From a virus (Duplodnaviria; Caudoviricetes), in IMG/VR virus record IMGVR_UViG_2901802297_000002, positions 15,716 to 79,715 of that record: 64,000 nt of DNA. One strand, 5' to 3'. The notes under the pieces are model-generated. The model saw only the letters and a program-made list of their open reading frames with translations. It did not search any database and was not told the origin of the DNA. Made by a program: the position numbers and the translations under genes. Each line of letters begins with the position of its first letter. Within the stretch, counting starts at the first letter, position 1. Of this stretch, positions 54,104 through 62,818 are shown piece after piece.

Positions 54104-54130
54104 GCTGCGTTCTCCCGCGTATAGTTCATA

Positions 54131-54198
54131 CTGGTGGCTACGTTGCCGCAGCCACCAGCACCGTCCATCATGTGTTTGCCCACAACATGAAAGGACGA
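54131..54198 (+). promoter_or_regulatory. Two-hairpin structured leader, copy 3
   Basis: CTGGTGGCTACG-TTGC-CGCAGCCACCAG, then CGTCCATCATGT/ACATGAAAGGACG. Confidence 0.6.
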
Positions 54199-54205
54199 TT
54201 CCTCA

Positions 54206-54406
54206 ATGAGTGAAAAAATCAGCCTGCATGCACGAGTTTCTGTAATAGAAACGCTTTTGCAAGACAGACTTAAAAAGCAGTTTGGATCATCCAGAGAAGG
54301 TCTGGAAACAAACCTTTCTGTGTTCCTAAAACCCTTGCTGGACAACGGAACAGAAGAAGAAAAGGAAGCAGCAAAAGCGTTCATTTCTGCCACCCTTGAT
54401 TTCTAG
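54206..54406 (+). CDS. 66-aa antisense micro-gene
   Basis: MSEKISLHARVSVIETLL; AAGGA RBS. Confidence 0.6.
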   Translation: MSEKISLHARVSVIETLLQDRLKKQFGSSREGLETNLSVFLKPLLDNGTEEEKEAAKAFISATLDF

Positions 54407-54866
54407 CTTTCGACAAATCTGGATCTGCACCAGCCAAAAGGCCGCAGATCTTGGATTTGATGTAATGCCATTCTGCATCTGGTATTTTTCTTGCCTGCGA
54501 CCGCATGAAAACACGCCAGAACAGCACATCAACCAGCAGCCATGCCAAAATGGGACTACGGGGGCCAATGCGGTTTTTCACAACATCATCATATTCAACC
54601 GCATTGCCTTTTGTGTAACAGCGATACCCAAGTTCAAACGCGGTTACAGCTCCGGCAACGGCCAAAGCGCCCAACGCGCACTTGCTGAATGTTTTTAGAC
54701 GCTGCCTAGATTTCTGCTGTTTCCGAATTTCTTCCCGGCAGAAATCTTTTACAGCTTCCCGAAGCTTATTAAGGGCAAGGGTATTTGCGTCCACAGGCTG
54801 ACCCGAACGTTCCAGCATATCCTTCTGGACGGGGTAGCTTAGGCCTGTAGGGTTTTCATTGCTCAT
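54381..54866 (-). CDS. Hypothetical membrane protein
   Basis: ATGA-coupled; central TM. Confidence 0.45.
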   Translation of the reverse strand: MSNENPTGLSYPVQKDMLERSGQPVDANTLALNKLREAVKDFCREEIRKQQKSRQRLKTFSKCALGALAVAGAVTAFELGYRCYTKGNAVEYDDVVKNRIGPRSPILAWLLVDVLFWRVFMRSQARKIPDAEWHYIKSKICGLLAGADPDLSKARNQGWQK

Positions 54867-54892
54867 GCTGCGCTTCCCTGCATAGGCACAAC

Positions 54893-54961
54893 GCGGGCGG
54901 AAATATTGTCATTCCCGCCCGTGCGCCTCACGATGGGGTTGCTAGACCTAACCATCGTGAG
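54893..54961 (+). promoter_or_regulatory. Two-hairpin structured leader, copy 4
   Basis: GCGGGCGGAAAT-ATTGTC-ATTCCCGCCCGT, then CTCACGATGG/CCATCGTGAG. Confidence 0.55.
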
Positions 54962-54970
54962 AACTGATGA

Positions 54971-55270
54971 ATGAAGATTGAAATCGGAAAGCCCTCTCTG
55001 CCGCCGGTCACCATCACCGAAATCAAGCAGGATTTCCTGATGCGCTACGCGGGAACAAAGGGCGAAAGTGAACGCCGAATCACCGTGAATGGGCTGAAAG
55101 GTGAGCAGTTGCCGGACGGAAGCATCCGTATCCTCAGCATCAACGCCTACTGCCATGAGCGCAAAATGGCGCGCACATTCAAAATGAGCAGCGTGAAAGA
55201 ACTTGTCGTGCCTGAAACTGGAGAGGTTGTGACAGACCTGCTGGGCTGGCTGAAAGCCAATGAGGCCTAG
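54971..55270 (+). CDS. Stand-alone WYL-like domain protein
   Basis: Y....G.SERRI....AYCHERK.ARTFK.S.V. Confidence 0.75.
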   Translation: MKIEIGKPSLPPVTITEIKQDFLMRYAGTKGESERRITVNGLKGEQLPDGSIRILSINAYCHERKMARTFKMSSVKELVVPETGEVVTDLLGWLKANEA

Positions 55271-55332
55271 CCGAACCGCATTCGGCTGACAGGCACTCTT
55301 GGGTGCGGCATGGTTCCCTGCATGAGACACGA

Positions 55333-55566
55333 TCATGCTGCTTCACCTGTGCCATTCTCTGGCGCATCTACAGCACCGGCAGATATAGGAGCAGGGAAAA
55401 CATCGGGACGAATTTTCCACACAGGTATGCCTGATAGCCGAGACACAGTTTGGACATGCTCGGCCGGAACACGACACCATAAAGATACTGTCGAATGCGA
55501 GCGGTTAACTGCTTTCGCCACCTTTGTTACGCCGCCAGCAGCTTTAATAAGGTCTTTCATGTTCAT
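55333..55566 (-). CDS. cro: Cro/YdaS-like regulator
   Basis: AGGVTKVA..V..S.STVS.W.RVP..IRPDVF. Confidence 0.85.
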   Translation of the reverse strand: MNMKDLIKAAGGVTKVAKAVNRSHSTVSLWCRVPAEHVQTVSRLSGIPVWKIRPDVFPAPISAGAVDAPENGTGEAA

Positions 55567-55597
55567 CCCCTCATGTTGCATATTGCAACATGAGGGG
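55567..55597. promoter_or_regulatory. OR-like operator palindrome
   Basis: CCCCTCATGTTGCA-TAT-TGCAACATGAGGGG. Confidence 0.75.
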
Positions 55598-55656
55598 TCA
55601 AGAAGCACGTTTATAGAAACATCCCCCGCTTTTTTTAAAGCGGCGAAATTCCCTTT

Positions 55657-56001
55657 ATGACAGCCAATAATACCTTAGGTTTGCGGATTAAATCTCTCCG
55701 TGAACAAGCTAATCTAGATCAAGCTGTTCTTGCTGAAGCAGTAGGAACAGCCAGATCTCATTTAACCAACATTGAAAGAGGTCGAGCGAAGCCAGGAAGG
55801 GACTTACTTTTGGCTATCGCGAAATTCTTCTCAGTTTCCATAGATTGGCTGGCTAATGGTGGAGACGAAAAAACCCACATGGAACCCGTCTCCCCCAAAG
55901 AAATTCTGCTTTTAAATAGCTTCCGAAAACTTCCAAAAGATGAAGCTGAACTTCACTTAAACTTAATATTGGCGCGTATCTCACAGGGAAAAGAACAATG
56001 A
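55657..56001 (+). CDS. cI: XRE-family prophage repressor without S24 domain
   Basis: RIK.LRE...L.Q..LA..VG..RS....IE.G; 114 aa; divergent from cro. Confidence 0.85.
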   Translation: MTANNTLGLRIKSLREQANLDQAVLAEAVGTARSHLTNIERGRAKPGRDLLLAIAKFFSVSIDWLANGGDEKTHMEPVSPKEILLLNSFRKLPKDEAELHLNLILARISQGKEQ

Positions 56002-56435
56002 ATATAATTAAAATATCTATATTTTCGTTGCTTTTTATTGCAATACCACTCAAATCTCATGCAGAAAAAATAGAATTTATTAACGTTTCCATATCAAAAA
56101 CTAAAAAACCTAAAGTAACAATAAAAACAAATCTTCCAGAAGGCATGGAAATCGCCATAGATATAAATAAAGTCGGTGGAGGATATGCAGACAGTTATAA
56201 CGGCACTGTCAGGCGTGGAGAAATCATCACAGACCAATTTTCTCAAAACGGATCAGACCTTCCTCCGGGTCAATATATGGTCATGATTTTGTCCTCTGGA
56301 GCTCAATTTGAACCAGATCCAATTCAAAAAATTATTGGAGAAAATGGCGAAAAACTACTTGGGCCTGATGTTAAGGAATCAACAATGGGCGTAGGAAACG
56401 TCATTGATAAGAGAGTGTTTTTCGACATCCCGTAA
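55998..56435 (+). CDS. Exported protein co-transcribed with cI
   Basis: Signal peptide (..KSHA/EK); TNLP.G motif; AT-rich. Confidence 0.7.
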   Translation: MNIIKISIFSLLFIAIPLKSHAEKIEFINVSISKTKKPKVTIKTNLPEGMEIAIDINKVGGGYADSYNGTVRRGEIITDQFSQNGSDLPPGQYMVMILSSGAQFEPDPIQKIIGENGEKLLGPDVKESTMGVGNVIDKRVFFDIP

Positions 56436-56451
56436 AACTCACTCACACCAA

Positions 56452-56531
56452 ATGTTGCAATAATAAACATTTTTGCTTGACCTTCATGTTGGTTTAAGCA
56501 ACATATTCTCCATCACAACCCGTGGTGGAGA
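56452..56531 (+). promoter_or_regulatory. OL/pL-like operators, promoter and leader hairpin
   Basis: ATGTTGCAATAATAAACAT 56452, TTGACC 56477, ATGTTGGTTTAAGCAACAT 56486; TCCATCAC-AACCC-GTGGTGGA. Confidence 0.7.
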
Positions 56532-56537
56532 AACCCC

Positions 56538-57194
56538 GTGTCGAACGACGCTATCAAGATTGAAAAATCAGGCGCAGGCTTTGTGCTGATAGGAAGCCTC
56601 AACCGCGTTTCCTATAGCATGGAGCAGGAAGCCCGAAGCGGCAGCATGGCTGCGGCTTATAGCTATGATCGCCTAGATGATTTGCGCAAGGAAACCGCAC
56701 TAAAGCTGGTGCAACAAGCCACCAACAATTTCATTGCCGATCAACCAAGCATTTCTGAACTTTCAATGCTTCGTGATGCAGCGGAATGCCTGATTACAAT
56801 CTCCATAGCGGAAATGCGCAAGGCAGCCAGCGCATCAGAAGAAAAGCAGTCCTCAGATCAAGAGAGGGATCATGCTGCCCTAAAACCCGCAGAGCCTGAT
56901 GCGCACTATGGCCGCGCCCCCTGCTTGTCAGTGAGCGATTGCTGGCTGCAGCCAGAAAAAGATGGCTCACGGTTACAACTTATTACCCACAATACAGGCT
57001 TAGATATTACTGACTTTGCTACCAACATGCTTTTTGGCAGTCAGGTAATTCCTGTCAGGTTTTCCGTTTCGGGCAAAATCAAAGATGACCGGCTATTTGA
57101 AGCCAGTGAAGTAAATCCGGAGCATGCCTTAGGCCGCTCTTTACCAGTTCGCCAGTTAAGACTTTCAAGCCTTCAGCCGGCAAAGAGGGCTTAA
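56538..57194 (+). CDS. First pL-operon protein
   Basis: N-terminal half homologous to 13527..13865. Confidence 0.65.
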   Translation: MSNDAIKIEKSGAGFVLIGSLNRVSYSMEQEARSGSMAAAYSYDRLDDLRKETALKLVQQATNNFIADQPSISELSMLRDAAECLITISIAEMRKAASASEEKQSSDQERDHAALKPAEPDAHYGRAPCLSVSDCWLQPEKDGSRLQLITHNTGLDITDFATNMLFGSQVIPVRFSVSGKIKDDRLFEASEVNPEHALGRSLPVRQLRLSSLQPAKRA

Positions 57195-57224
57195 CGTGGT
57201 GTACCGCCGCAGGGATCAGGCAGC

Positions 57225-57482
57225 ATGAACGCCATCCCCTGCCCTGCGCACCAAATCCCCTGCCAGATGTTCAGTGTTCCGGAGCACAAGGTAGCGCTCA
57301 TTCGTGCGCAGGCCGATGCCCTGCTTGCCCATGCAAGCACGCTGGAATCCTACCGCCGCGCATGTGCCGATACCAACAATTCATATGGCGAAGAGGCATG
57401 GAAGCACCTTGCCGGCCAAGCACGCCTGCAGGCCGAGCTTCTCTATACCCGCGCCAATATCCTCGAAAGTTATAGCAAATGA
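57225..57482 (+). CDS. Conserved phage protein
   Basis: Homologue of 14991..15248. Confidence 0.75.
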   Translation: MNAIPCPAHQIPCQMFSVPEHKVALIRAQADALLAHASTLESYRRACADTNNSYGEEAWKHLAGQARLQAELLYTRANILESYSK

Positions 57483-57712
57483 ACAACCAAGCCTTTCAGG
57501 CTGCCCGCACGCAGCTGGAGCAGCTCATCCACAACAATGTGGACAGCAAAGAAAAGCTGGCCATGCTTTCCCTGGTCAAAGACATGGCCGCCGCAATGGA
57601 AGCCGAGCAGGACATTGCAGATGCAGGCCTGCGCATGGGCTACGCCAAGCGCCGCAACCCGCTGGCCCGCATTCAGGACTTCATTCTGGGTGAAGTGAGG
57701 GTCGCACAATGA
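57479..57712 (+). CDS. Conserved phage protein
   Basis: Near-identical to 15245..15475. Confidence 0.8.
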   Translation: MNNQAFQAARTQLEQLIHNNVDSKEKLAMLSLVKDMAAAMEAEQDIADAGLRMGYAKRRNPLARIQDFILGEVRVAQ

Positions 57713-58092
57713 ACCGTCAGGAAATGCTTGAGGCATTGGATAAACGGGTGGCCGAGATCAAGACTGAAATAGAAAGCCACCAACCAGATACACAATACGC
57801 ATTCGTCTATGGTCTTTCTGCACTGGATGCCCAAGGAAAGATGGTCGATAATCTCATGGGCACATTAGGAGATGCAAGCCCTCTGCTTTGTGCAGCTGGT
57901 GCTTCTACATCAATGGCAGTAGTGGCAAGCGCGTCAGTGCCACCACTGTTTTACTTGAGCAGATTAAATACAGCCGTCATGAGCTTCCTCATGCAAGGTG
58001 GAGACGGTGCTGTAATCAGGCCCGAAGATACAAAAACTGTTTCTGATATCTTCAAGAACAATGGCCAATCACCTGCTGGCGCACGGCATTAA
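57709..58092 (+). CDS. Hypothetical phage protein
   Basis: ATGA coupling. Confidence 0.6.
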   Translation: MNRQEMLEALDKRVAEIKTEIESHQPDTQYAFVYGLSALDAQGKMVDNLMGTLGDASPLLCAAGASTSMAVVASASVPPLFYLSRLNTAVMSFLMQGGDGAVIRPEDTKTVSDIFKNNGQSPAGARH

Positions 58093-58186
58093 GGAAATGG
58101 GATATGCACAACCCCGCCCCCTCCCAGCGCCTCAACATGCTGTGGTTTGTGTTGTTAGTTATCGGAATATGCGGGAATGCGTTCAT

Positions 58187-58477
58187 ATGGCTGCACAGAT
58201 AGATCTGGAGCACCTGCTGGGCACTTACAGGCCTGCGCCACAGGTAGAAGCCCCCAAGCGCATCAGAAACGATAAATGCCTGGGCTTTCGCATCCGCCAG
58301 CGCCGCCAGCAACTCAGCATGAGCATGCAGCAGTTAGGGGCTGCCATCGGCTGCACCTACCAGCAGGTGCAGAAATACGAAAGCGGCAAGAACGCAATCA
58401 AAGCCAGCCTGCTCCCCACATTCGCCACCGCACTAGATGTGCCGCTGACATGGTTTTTTGAAGGATTGGAAGCATGA
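58187..58477 (+). CDS. XRE HTH protein
   Basis: Homologue of 16121..16411. Confidence 0.85.
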   Translation: MAAQIDLEHLLGTYRPAPQVEAPKRIRNDKCLGFRIRQRRQQLSMSMQQLGAAIGCTYQQVQKYESGKNAIKASLLPTFATALDVPLTWFFEGLEA

Positions 58478-58677
58478 GCACAGAACCCAACGAAAAATTC
58501 CTGACCCGCAAAGAGGTATTGGAAACCGTAAAGGTCTGCACATCCACCCTGTACCGCTGGATGGAACAAAACCGTTTCCCACGCCCTCTCAAATTCACAG
58601 CAGGTTGCGTGCGCTGGAAGGAAAGTGCCGTAAAAAACTGGCTGTCTGCCCAGGAAGAAATGAGGGCCGTAGCATGA
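58474..58677 (+). CDS. AlpA-family excisionase/regulator
   Basis: FL..KEV......STLYRW....FP.P......RW.ES.V..W. Confidence 0.88.
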   Translation: MSTEPNEKFLTRKEVLETVKVCTSTLYRWMEQNRFPRPLKFTAGCVRWKESAVKNWLSAQEEMRAVA

Positions 58678-59501
58678 GAGATAAAAACTATCTCCGGAAT
58701 GATCTGGATACCCATGTTATGACGGAAAGCAAAAGCCGCAGCTTCAACTTCCGCCGTGCAAATGGCTCCAGCTTCTACTTTTTCAAAATAACATGGAGCG
58801 CAGGCGTTATCAGCATTACGGGCGATATGGGCGAACTGATGCTTGAGCACTGCTATGCCATGCCTACGTTTGAAAAAGCAGTGCGTTGGGCAGCTGATGC
58901 AGAGCTTCAATATATTCTGGGCAAGAGCAATGTGTCAGAAGAATATGATGGTAAAGAAACAGCAAAAGCCATTATTCGGCATGCTAACAATGAAGTAATA
59001 GGAGCACTAAACGGCCAATTCTGGGGTGGAGGAATCCGCAGTAATGGCATGCGCCAGATTGCGCAAAAAATCAGAAAAGGTCTGTTAGAAAAGGAAGAGC
59101 TGGAAGATTACGATATCTATTACTTTTCCAAGCGCACAAAAATAGACAGCTTTGTGATTCGTAATGTTCCAGCAAAATATTGGGACTTCTGTGATGTTTG
59201 GGACGGCTGGATAGAGCTTTGGAAAGCACTGGAAGACTTTGGCCGGTATCGTAAATGGTCAGATGATAGCTTAAAAAACATCCTTAAGCCGTCATATCGC
59301 AGGGAAATGCGAAAGGCCGTAGAGGAAGCCTGCTGCACAGAGATGGGCGCCATAGATCTGTTTAACCACACAGATTATGACGACTACCCAATTATGCGCG
59401 ACTATTCCTTTACAAATTATCGCCTAGCAGCAGCAATACGCTGGGCTTGTCAGAAGTTTATTGCTGAGGGTGTTGTGCCTGCTGAAAGGGAAGTAGCATG
59501 A
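58674..59501 (+). CDS. Conserved hypothetical phage protein
   Basis: F.R..S..Y.F.I.W..G...I.GD.G motif; ATGA coupling. Confidence 0.7.
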   Translation: MRDKNYLRNDLDTHVMTESKSRSFNFRRANGSSFYFFKITWSAGVISITGDMGELMLEHCYAMPTFEKAVRWAADAELQYILGKSNVSEEYDGKETAKAIIRHANNEVIGALNGQFWGGGIRSNGMRQIAQKIRKGLLEKEELEDYDIYYFSKRTKIDSFVIRNVPAKYWDFCDVWDGWIELWKALEDFGRYRKWSDDSLKNILKPSYRREMRKAVEEACCTEMGAIDLFNHTDYDDYPIMRDYSFTNYRLAAAIRWACQKFIAEGVVPAEREVA

Positions 59502-59896
59502 CCGAAACCCGCGCACCGTTTAACGGGAAGAAAAAAGAGCTTTTTCTCATCCAGCTTCCAATGAGTGCTGAAAACGTCATGACTGTTCGCAAGCACATCA
59601 TGAGCCAATGCGTGACCAATGATGCCATCGTGAACGGTATCCGCGCCATTGGCATGCCGGCCACTGGCAGCAAAATGGATTACGAAGCCACGGTAGCTCA
59701 CTATGAAGCGAAACTTGCCGAGCGCGATGCAGAGATTTCACGCCTTTGGGCGGCCCTAGACAGCATTGAATGCGGCATAGATGCCCTGCCGGCCGACAAT
59801 GAATACGGTTCTCGTATATCCGCCCATCAAATGCAGTGGCAAGCGGTTGACCTTGTGAAGGAGGAAATTAAAGCCCTGAAAGGTGGTGGTGCATGA
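59498..59896 (+). CDS. Hypothetical phage protein
   Basis: ATGA coupling. Confidence 0.6.
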   Translation: MTETRAPFNGKKKELFLIQLPMSAENVMTVRKHIMSQCVTNDAIVNGIRAIGMPATGSKMDYEATVAHYEAKLAERDAEISRLWAALDSIECGIDALPADNEYGSRISAHQMQWQAVDLVKEEIKALKGGGA

Positions 59897-60357
59897 AGTT
59901 ATGTTCAGCCCCAATAACACTAACACGAGCGTTTGACTTTGTAGCGAAACACCATAGGCACAAAAAGCCCCCGCAGGGTGGATTATTTGCTGTATCAGCT
60001 GGATACGGTTCTGATTTAGTAGGTGTGGCTATTGTAGGGCGTCCTGTTAGCAGGCTCCAACAGGATGGGTACACAGCAGAGGTCACGCGATGTTGTGTTT
60101 TAGATAATGCCCCGAAAAATACGTGCTCGTTTCTGTACGGGTGCTGTTGGCGTGCAGCGCGAGCATTAGGATGGCGGAAACTTATTACCTACACACTAAA
60201 ATCAGAAAGCGGTGCTTCTCTGCGTGCATCAGGTTGGCGAACAATAGCTGAAACATCCGGTTCTAACCCCGCATCGTGGCAATCACGGTCCGGTCGAGAT
60301 TATCAAAATGTTGTTGGACAATCAAAATTCGTTTGGATGAAAGGCCCAGAAGCATGA
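59893..60357 (+). CDS. XF1762-like GNAT-fold protein
   Basis: HHRH, VGVAIVGRPV.R, EVTR.C, TYTL.SE.GASL. Confidence 0.8.
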   Translation: MKLCSAPITLTRAFDFVAKHHRHKKPPQGGLFAVSAGYGSDLVGVAIVGRPVSRLQQDGYTAEVTRCCVLDNAPKNTCSFLYGCCWRAARALGWRKLITYTLKSESGASLRASGWRTIAETSGSNPASWQSRSGRDYQNVVGQSKFVWMKGPEA

Positions 60358-60524
60358 GCGCGGAATTGAAGCCGTGCCCGTTCTGCGGAAAACGCAGAAT
60401 ATATCTTGCGGAAGGCATAAACTCTTATGCTTGGTGCAGGAATTGCGAAGCATGTGGGCCTGAGCGAGCAACAAAAGAAGCCGCAACCGAAGCATGGAAC
60501 ACCCGCGCAGGAGAGAAGGCGTGA
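60354..60524 (+). CDS. Lar-family restriction alleviation protein
   Basis: ELKPCPFCG..C..C.A.GP....A..AWN.R. Confidence 0.8.
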   Translation: MSAELKPCPFCGKRRIYLAEGINSYAWCRNCEACGPERATKEAATEAWNTRAGEKA

Positions 60525-60763
60525 TGCAGGCGAAACCAGATCTGTTTGGCTTTCAAAGGCCTAGATCCCCCAGACGGTTTATGGCCCACATGGTTGACGT
60601 GGGCATAAGTGACTGCACGCCGCAAGATAGCAACATGACCCAGATTGCAGAGTTCAAATGCAATCGCTGTGGTTGGGAAAGCGGCTGGATATACATGAAG
60701 AATGTAACAGCCGTTAAGCGTGGCGTGCCATGTGATGAATGCAATGAGATTATGGAAAAATGA
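60524..60763 (+). CDS. Small zinc-ribbon protein
   Basis: C.RCG.ESGW...RG.PC..CN. Confidence 0.7.
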   Translation: MQAKPDLFGFQRPRSPRRFMAHMVDVGISDCTPQDSNMTQIAEFKCNRCGWESGWIYMKNVTAVKRGVPCDECNEIMEK

Positions 60764-60987
60764 TAATTTATATTATTATGATGTGGCTAATATTCGGTAT
60801 AGTTCAGTTATTTGGCATACTAACTTATGACAGAATACACAGATGGAAAGATGCCGCAGAAATCATATTAGCTGTTGCTGTAGGGCCGTTACTTTTCCCA
60901 ATAAGGTTTTTACTATCAGCCTATGCAAGGAGCAGACAAAGAAAAATCGTGAGGTTTTATCGCAATCAATCAAAAATAAAATGGTAA
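60760..60987 (+). CDS. Small two-TM protein
   Basis: Hydrophobic; ATGA coupling. Confidence 0.5.
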   Translation: MIIYIIMMWLIFGIVQLFGILTYDRIHRWKDAAEIILAVAVGPLLFPIRFLLSAYARSRQRKIVRFYRNQSKIKW

Positions 60988-60992
60988 TATTC

Positions 60993-61616
60993 CTATTTCC
61001 GATCAACTTTTTCTTGAAAGCGGCAGAAATGAATAGATAATTTCAAAAGTAACATATAAAATCCAGTATTGCTCAATGTGAAAATTTTCTCACACTCTTG
61101 GTTTTCATGAAAATCTTTTACTAACATTGAATAAATATCATCAAACCGAATAATATAATCATCAGTTCCCCATCTTCCTGCTGGAAGAAAAAAAATATTT
61201 GTAATTTTTTGTGATCTTATTGCACTAATCTTTTGCTGAATTTTCTCTTCCGGAAGTTGGGCCTTTTTTAATACTTCTTGATATTTATTCAATTTCACCA
61301 AAGGACAAAAAGTTACACGAGCTGGAGTATCGCGCAAATTTTTAGTCTCGATATCACAAGAATTAGATAAGATAAGTCCAGAAACTGATTTGAGAGATTT
61401 TTTCTTGAAAATGTATAATTGAAATCCTTTCCAACCATCACCTTGTAACATTTCCGATTTAAAATTGTCTCTATAATCACTAAGGATATATTCAGCACTT
61501 CCACCCTGAGATATCGCTTCCAATTCCCTAACTAACACCTGACGATCTTCAGCTGTTAAGTAATATGGAATCTGCTGCTCTAAGGTGGAAGTATCAAAAT
61601 TCATTTTACTGATCAT
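60993..61616 (-). CDS. Moron gene 3: putative toxin/nuclease (QGD...SNSCD motif)
   Basis: LQGD, LILSNSCDI, V.FCPL, L..KLS.HF.R; AT-rich. Confidence 0.7.
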   Translation of the reverse strand: MISKMNFDTSTLEQQIPYYLTAEDRQVLVRELEAISQGGSAEYILSDYRDNFKSEMLQGDGWKGFQLYIFKKKSLKSVSGLILSNSCDIETKNLRDTPARVTFCPLVKLNKYQEVLKKAQLPEEKIQQKISAIRSQKITNIFFLPAGRWGTDDYIIRFDDIYSMLVKDFHENQECEKIFTLSNTGFYMLLLKLSIHFCRFQEKVDRK

Positions 61617-61933
61617 GACTCATAAAGAGAATCTATATTTGCATTCCATGCAGCTTCATACTCTTTTCCAAGAGCTTCCTGCCCATCACAAAGGGAAATA
61701 AATATATCTTGTATTTCCTGCTCAAAAGATTCCTCTACATTAGAAGAATCAATTGTTACGAAACTATGAGTGCCTTTTAGCTGCTTCACTTCATACAACG
61801 GCGGTGTATTTATCTTCCATGATGAACCGCCATCAGTATCAAGCGTATGCCCTCCCCCACCTGCATACAACATAGCTGTTGTAAACACCACGGCTGTAGC
61901 GGCTATCAGATTTGGAAATTTCACTTCACTCAT
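61613..61933 (-). CDS. Moron gene 2: small protein with acidic helical C-terminus
   Basis: Overlaps both neighbours; L..GQE.LG.EYE..W..N...LYE tail. Confidence 0.65.
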   Translation of the reverse strand: MSEVKFPNLIAATAVVFTTAMLYAGGGGHTLDTDGGSSWKINTPPLYEVKQLKGTHSFVTIDSSNVEESFEQEIQDIFISLCDGQEALGKEYEAAWNANIDSLYES

Positions 61934-62696
61934 AAATCGGCCCCATTTCGTCAATTGTTTCCGGTTTCAAGCAATTGAAAAACTGAACTTTATTAGAATT
62001 ACGTAGCTTTTCTAATTTAGATTCCCAATCATGCGCAAACTTACTGAACGGAACTGGATCAATCTCACAAATTGAATCAATGCCGACCATTACACCACGC
62101 ACTTTTCCTTGTCTTGGAATAGTAACTTCTGCACCTGTCGCGATTGTTAATATATGAATAATAAATTCGTAAGTGTTGGTTATCGTCAAATTGATATTAT
62201 CATTATTTATCTTGAAAGATCCTATGCGTAAATCCATATCAATTTTTGATATTTGCTCAGATAAATTTAAACCTTCAATAATATTAACGTATTTTAGTGA
62301 AAAACGCTCTACTGATGGAGCAATTTCCATACAAGAAACTAAATTAACTATTTTGAGAATATTTTCTTTAAACTTTGACCATTTTGGATAGGGACGCGGA
62401 CAACTAATGAGTATATTTCTGTCTCCAATTGCAATAACGTAACCATCCACATCTAGCCTCTGTATAGGAGCATAATGCAAAGATGAATCCTGCGCGCGCA
62501 TTGGAAAAGGAATGTTTGATGCAGGCAAACGGGTGATTTTAGGCTTAGGTTTTAATTTATCGAATAGGATGCCAGGCAAAATATCAGCCAAAGGCACCCC
62601 TGCCTGCATACGTATTTCACAGACAGCTTCCACCAACGGCTCACGCTTAAGCACTACGGGCAATTTTATATCTGACACAAACATCTCCCAATTCAC
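61926..62696 (-). CDS. Moron gene 1: TIGR04255-like protein (start may be 62684 or 62678)
   Basis: L...PLVEAVCEIR, YP.W..F, R..LKYVN, D, F...L. Confidence 0.8.
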   Translation of the reverse strand: MNWEMFVSDIKLPVVLKREPLVEAVCEIRMQAGVPLADILPGILFDKLKPKPKITRLPASNIPFPMRAQDSSLHYAPIQRLDVDGYVIAIGDRNILISCPRPYPKWSKFKENILKIVNLVSCMEIAPSVERFSLKYVNIIEGLNLSEQISKIDMDLRIGSFKINNDNINLTITNTYEFIIHILTIATGAEVTIPRQGKVRGVMVGIDSICEIDPVPFSKFAHDWESKLEKLRNSNKVQFFNCLKPETIDEMGPIYE

Positions 62697-62818
62697 GCAA
62701 AATTATATCAAATTTTGCACCATGCACAACGTTTGGCACATATTAGGCAAGACCACTGTGTAATGATAATTATAAAATGTTTTTATCTTTTAATTGAAAT
62801 CAATTCCCCAAGAGAATT

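Noticed and set aside
58458-58673. N-terminal extension of ORF 58458..59501
   Set aside because: Overlaps the AlpA gene in another frame; the coupled start is at 58674.
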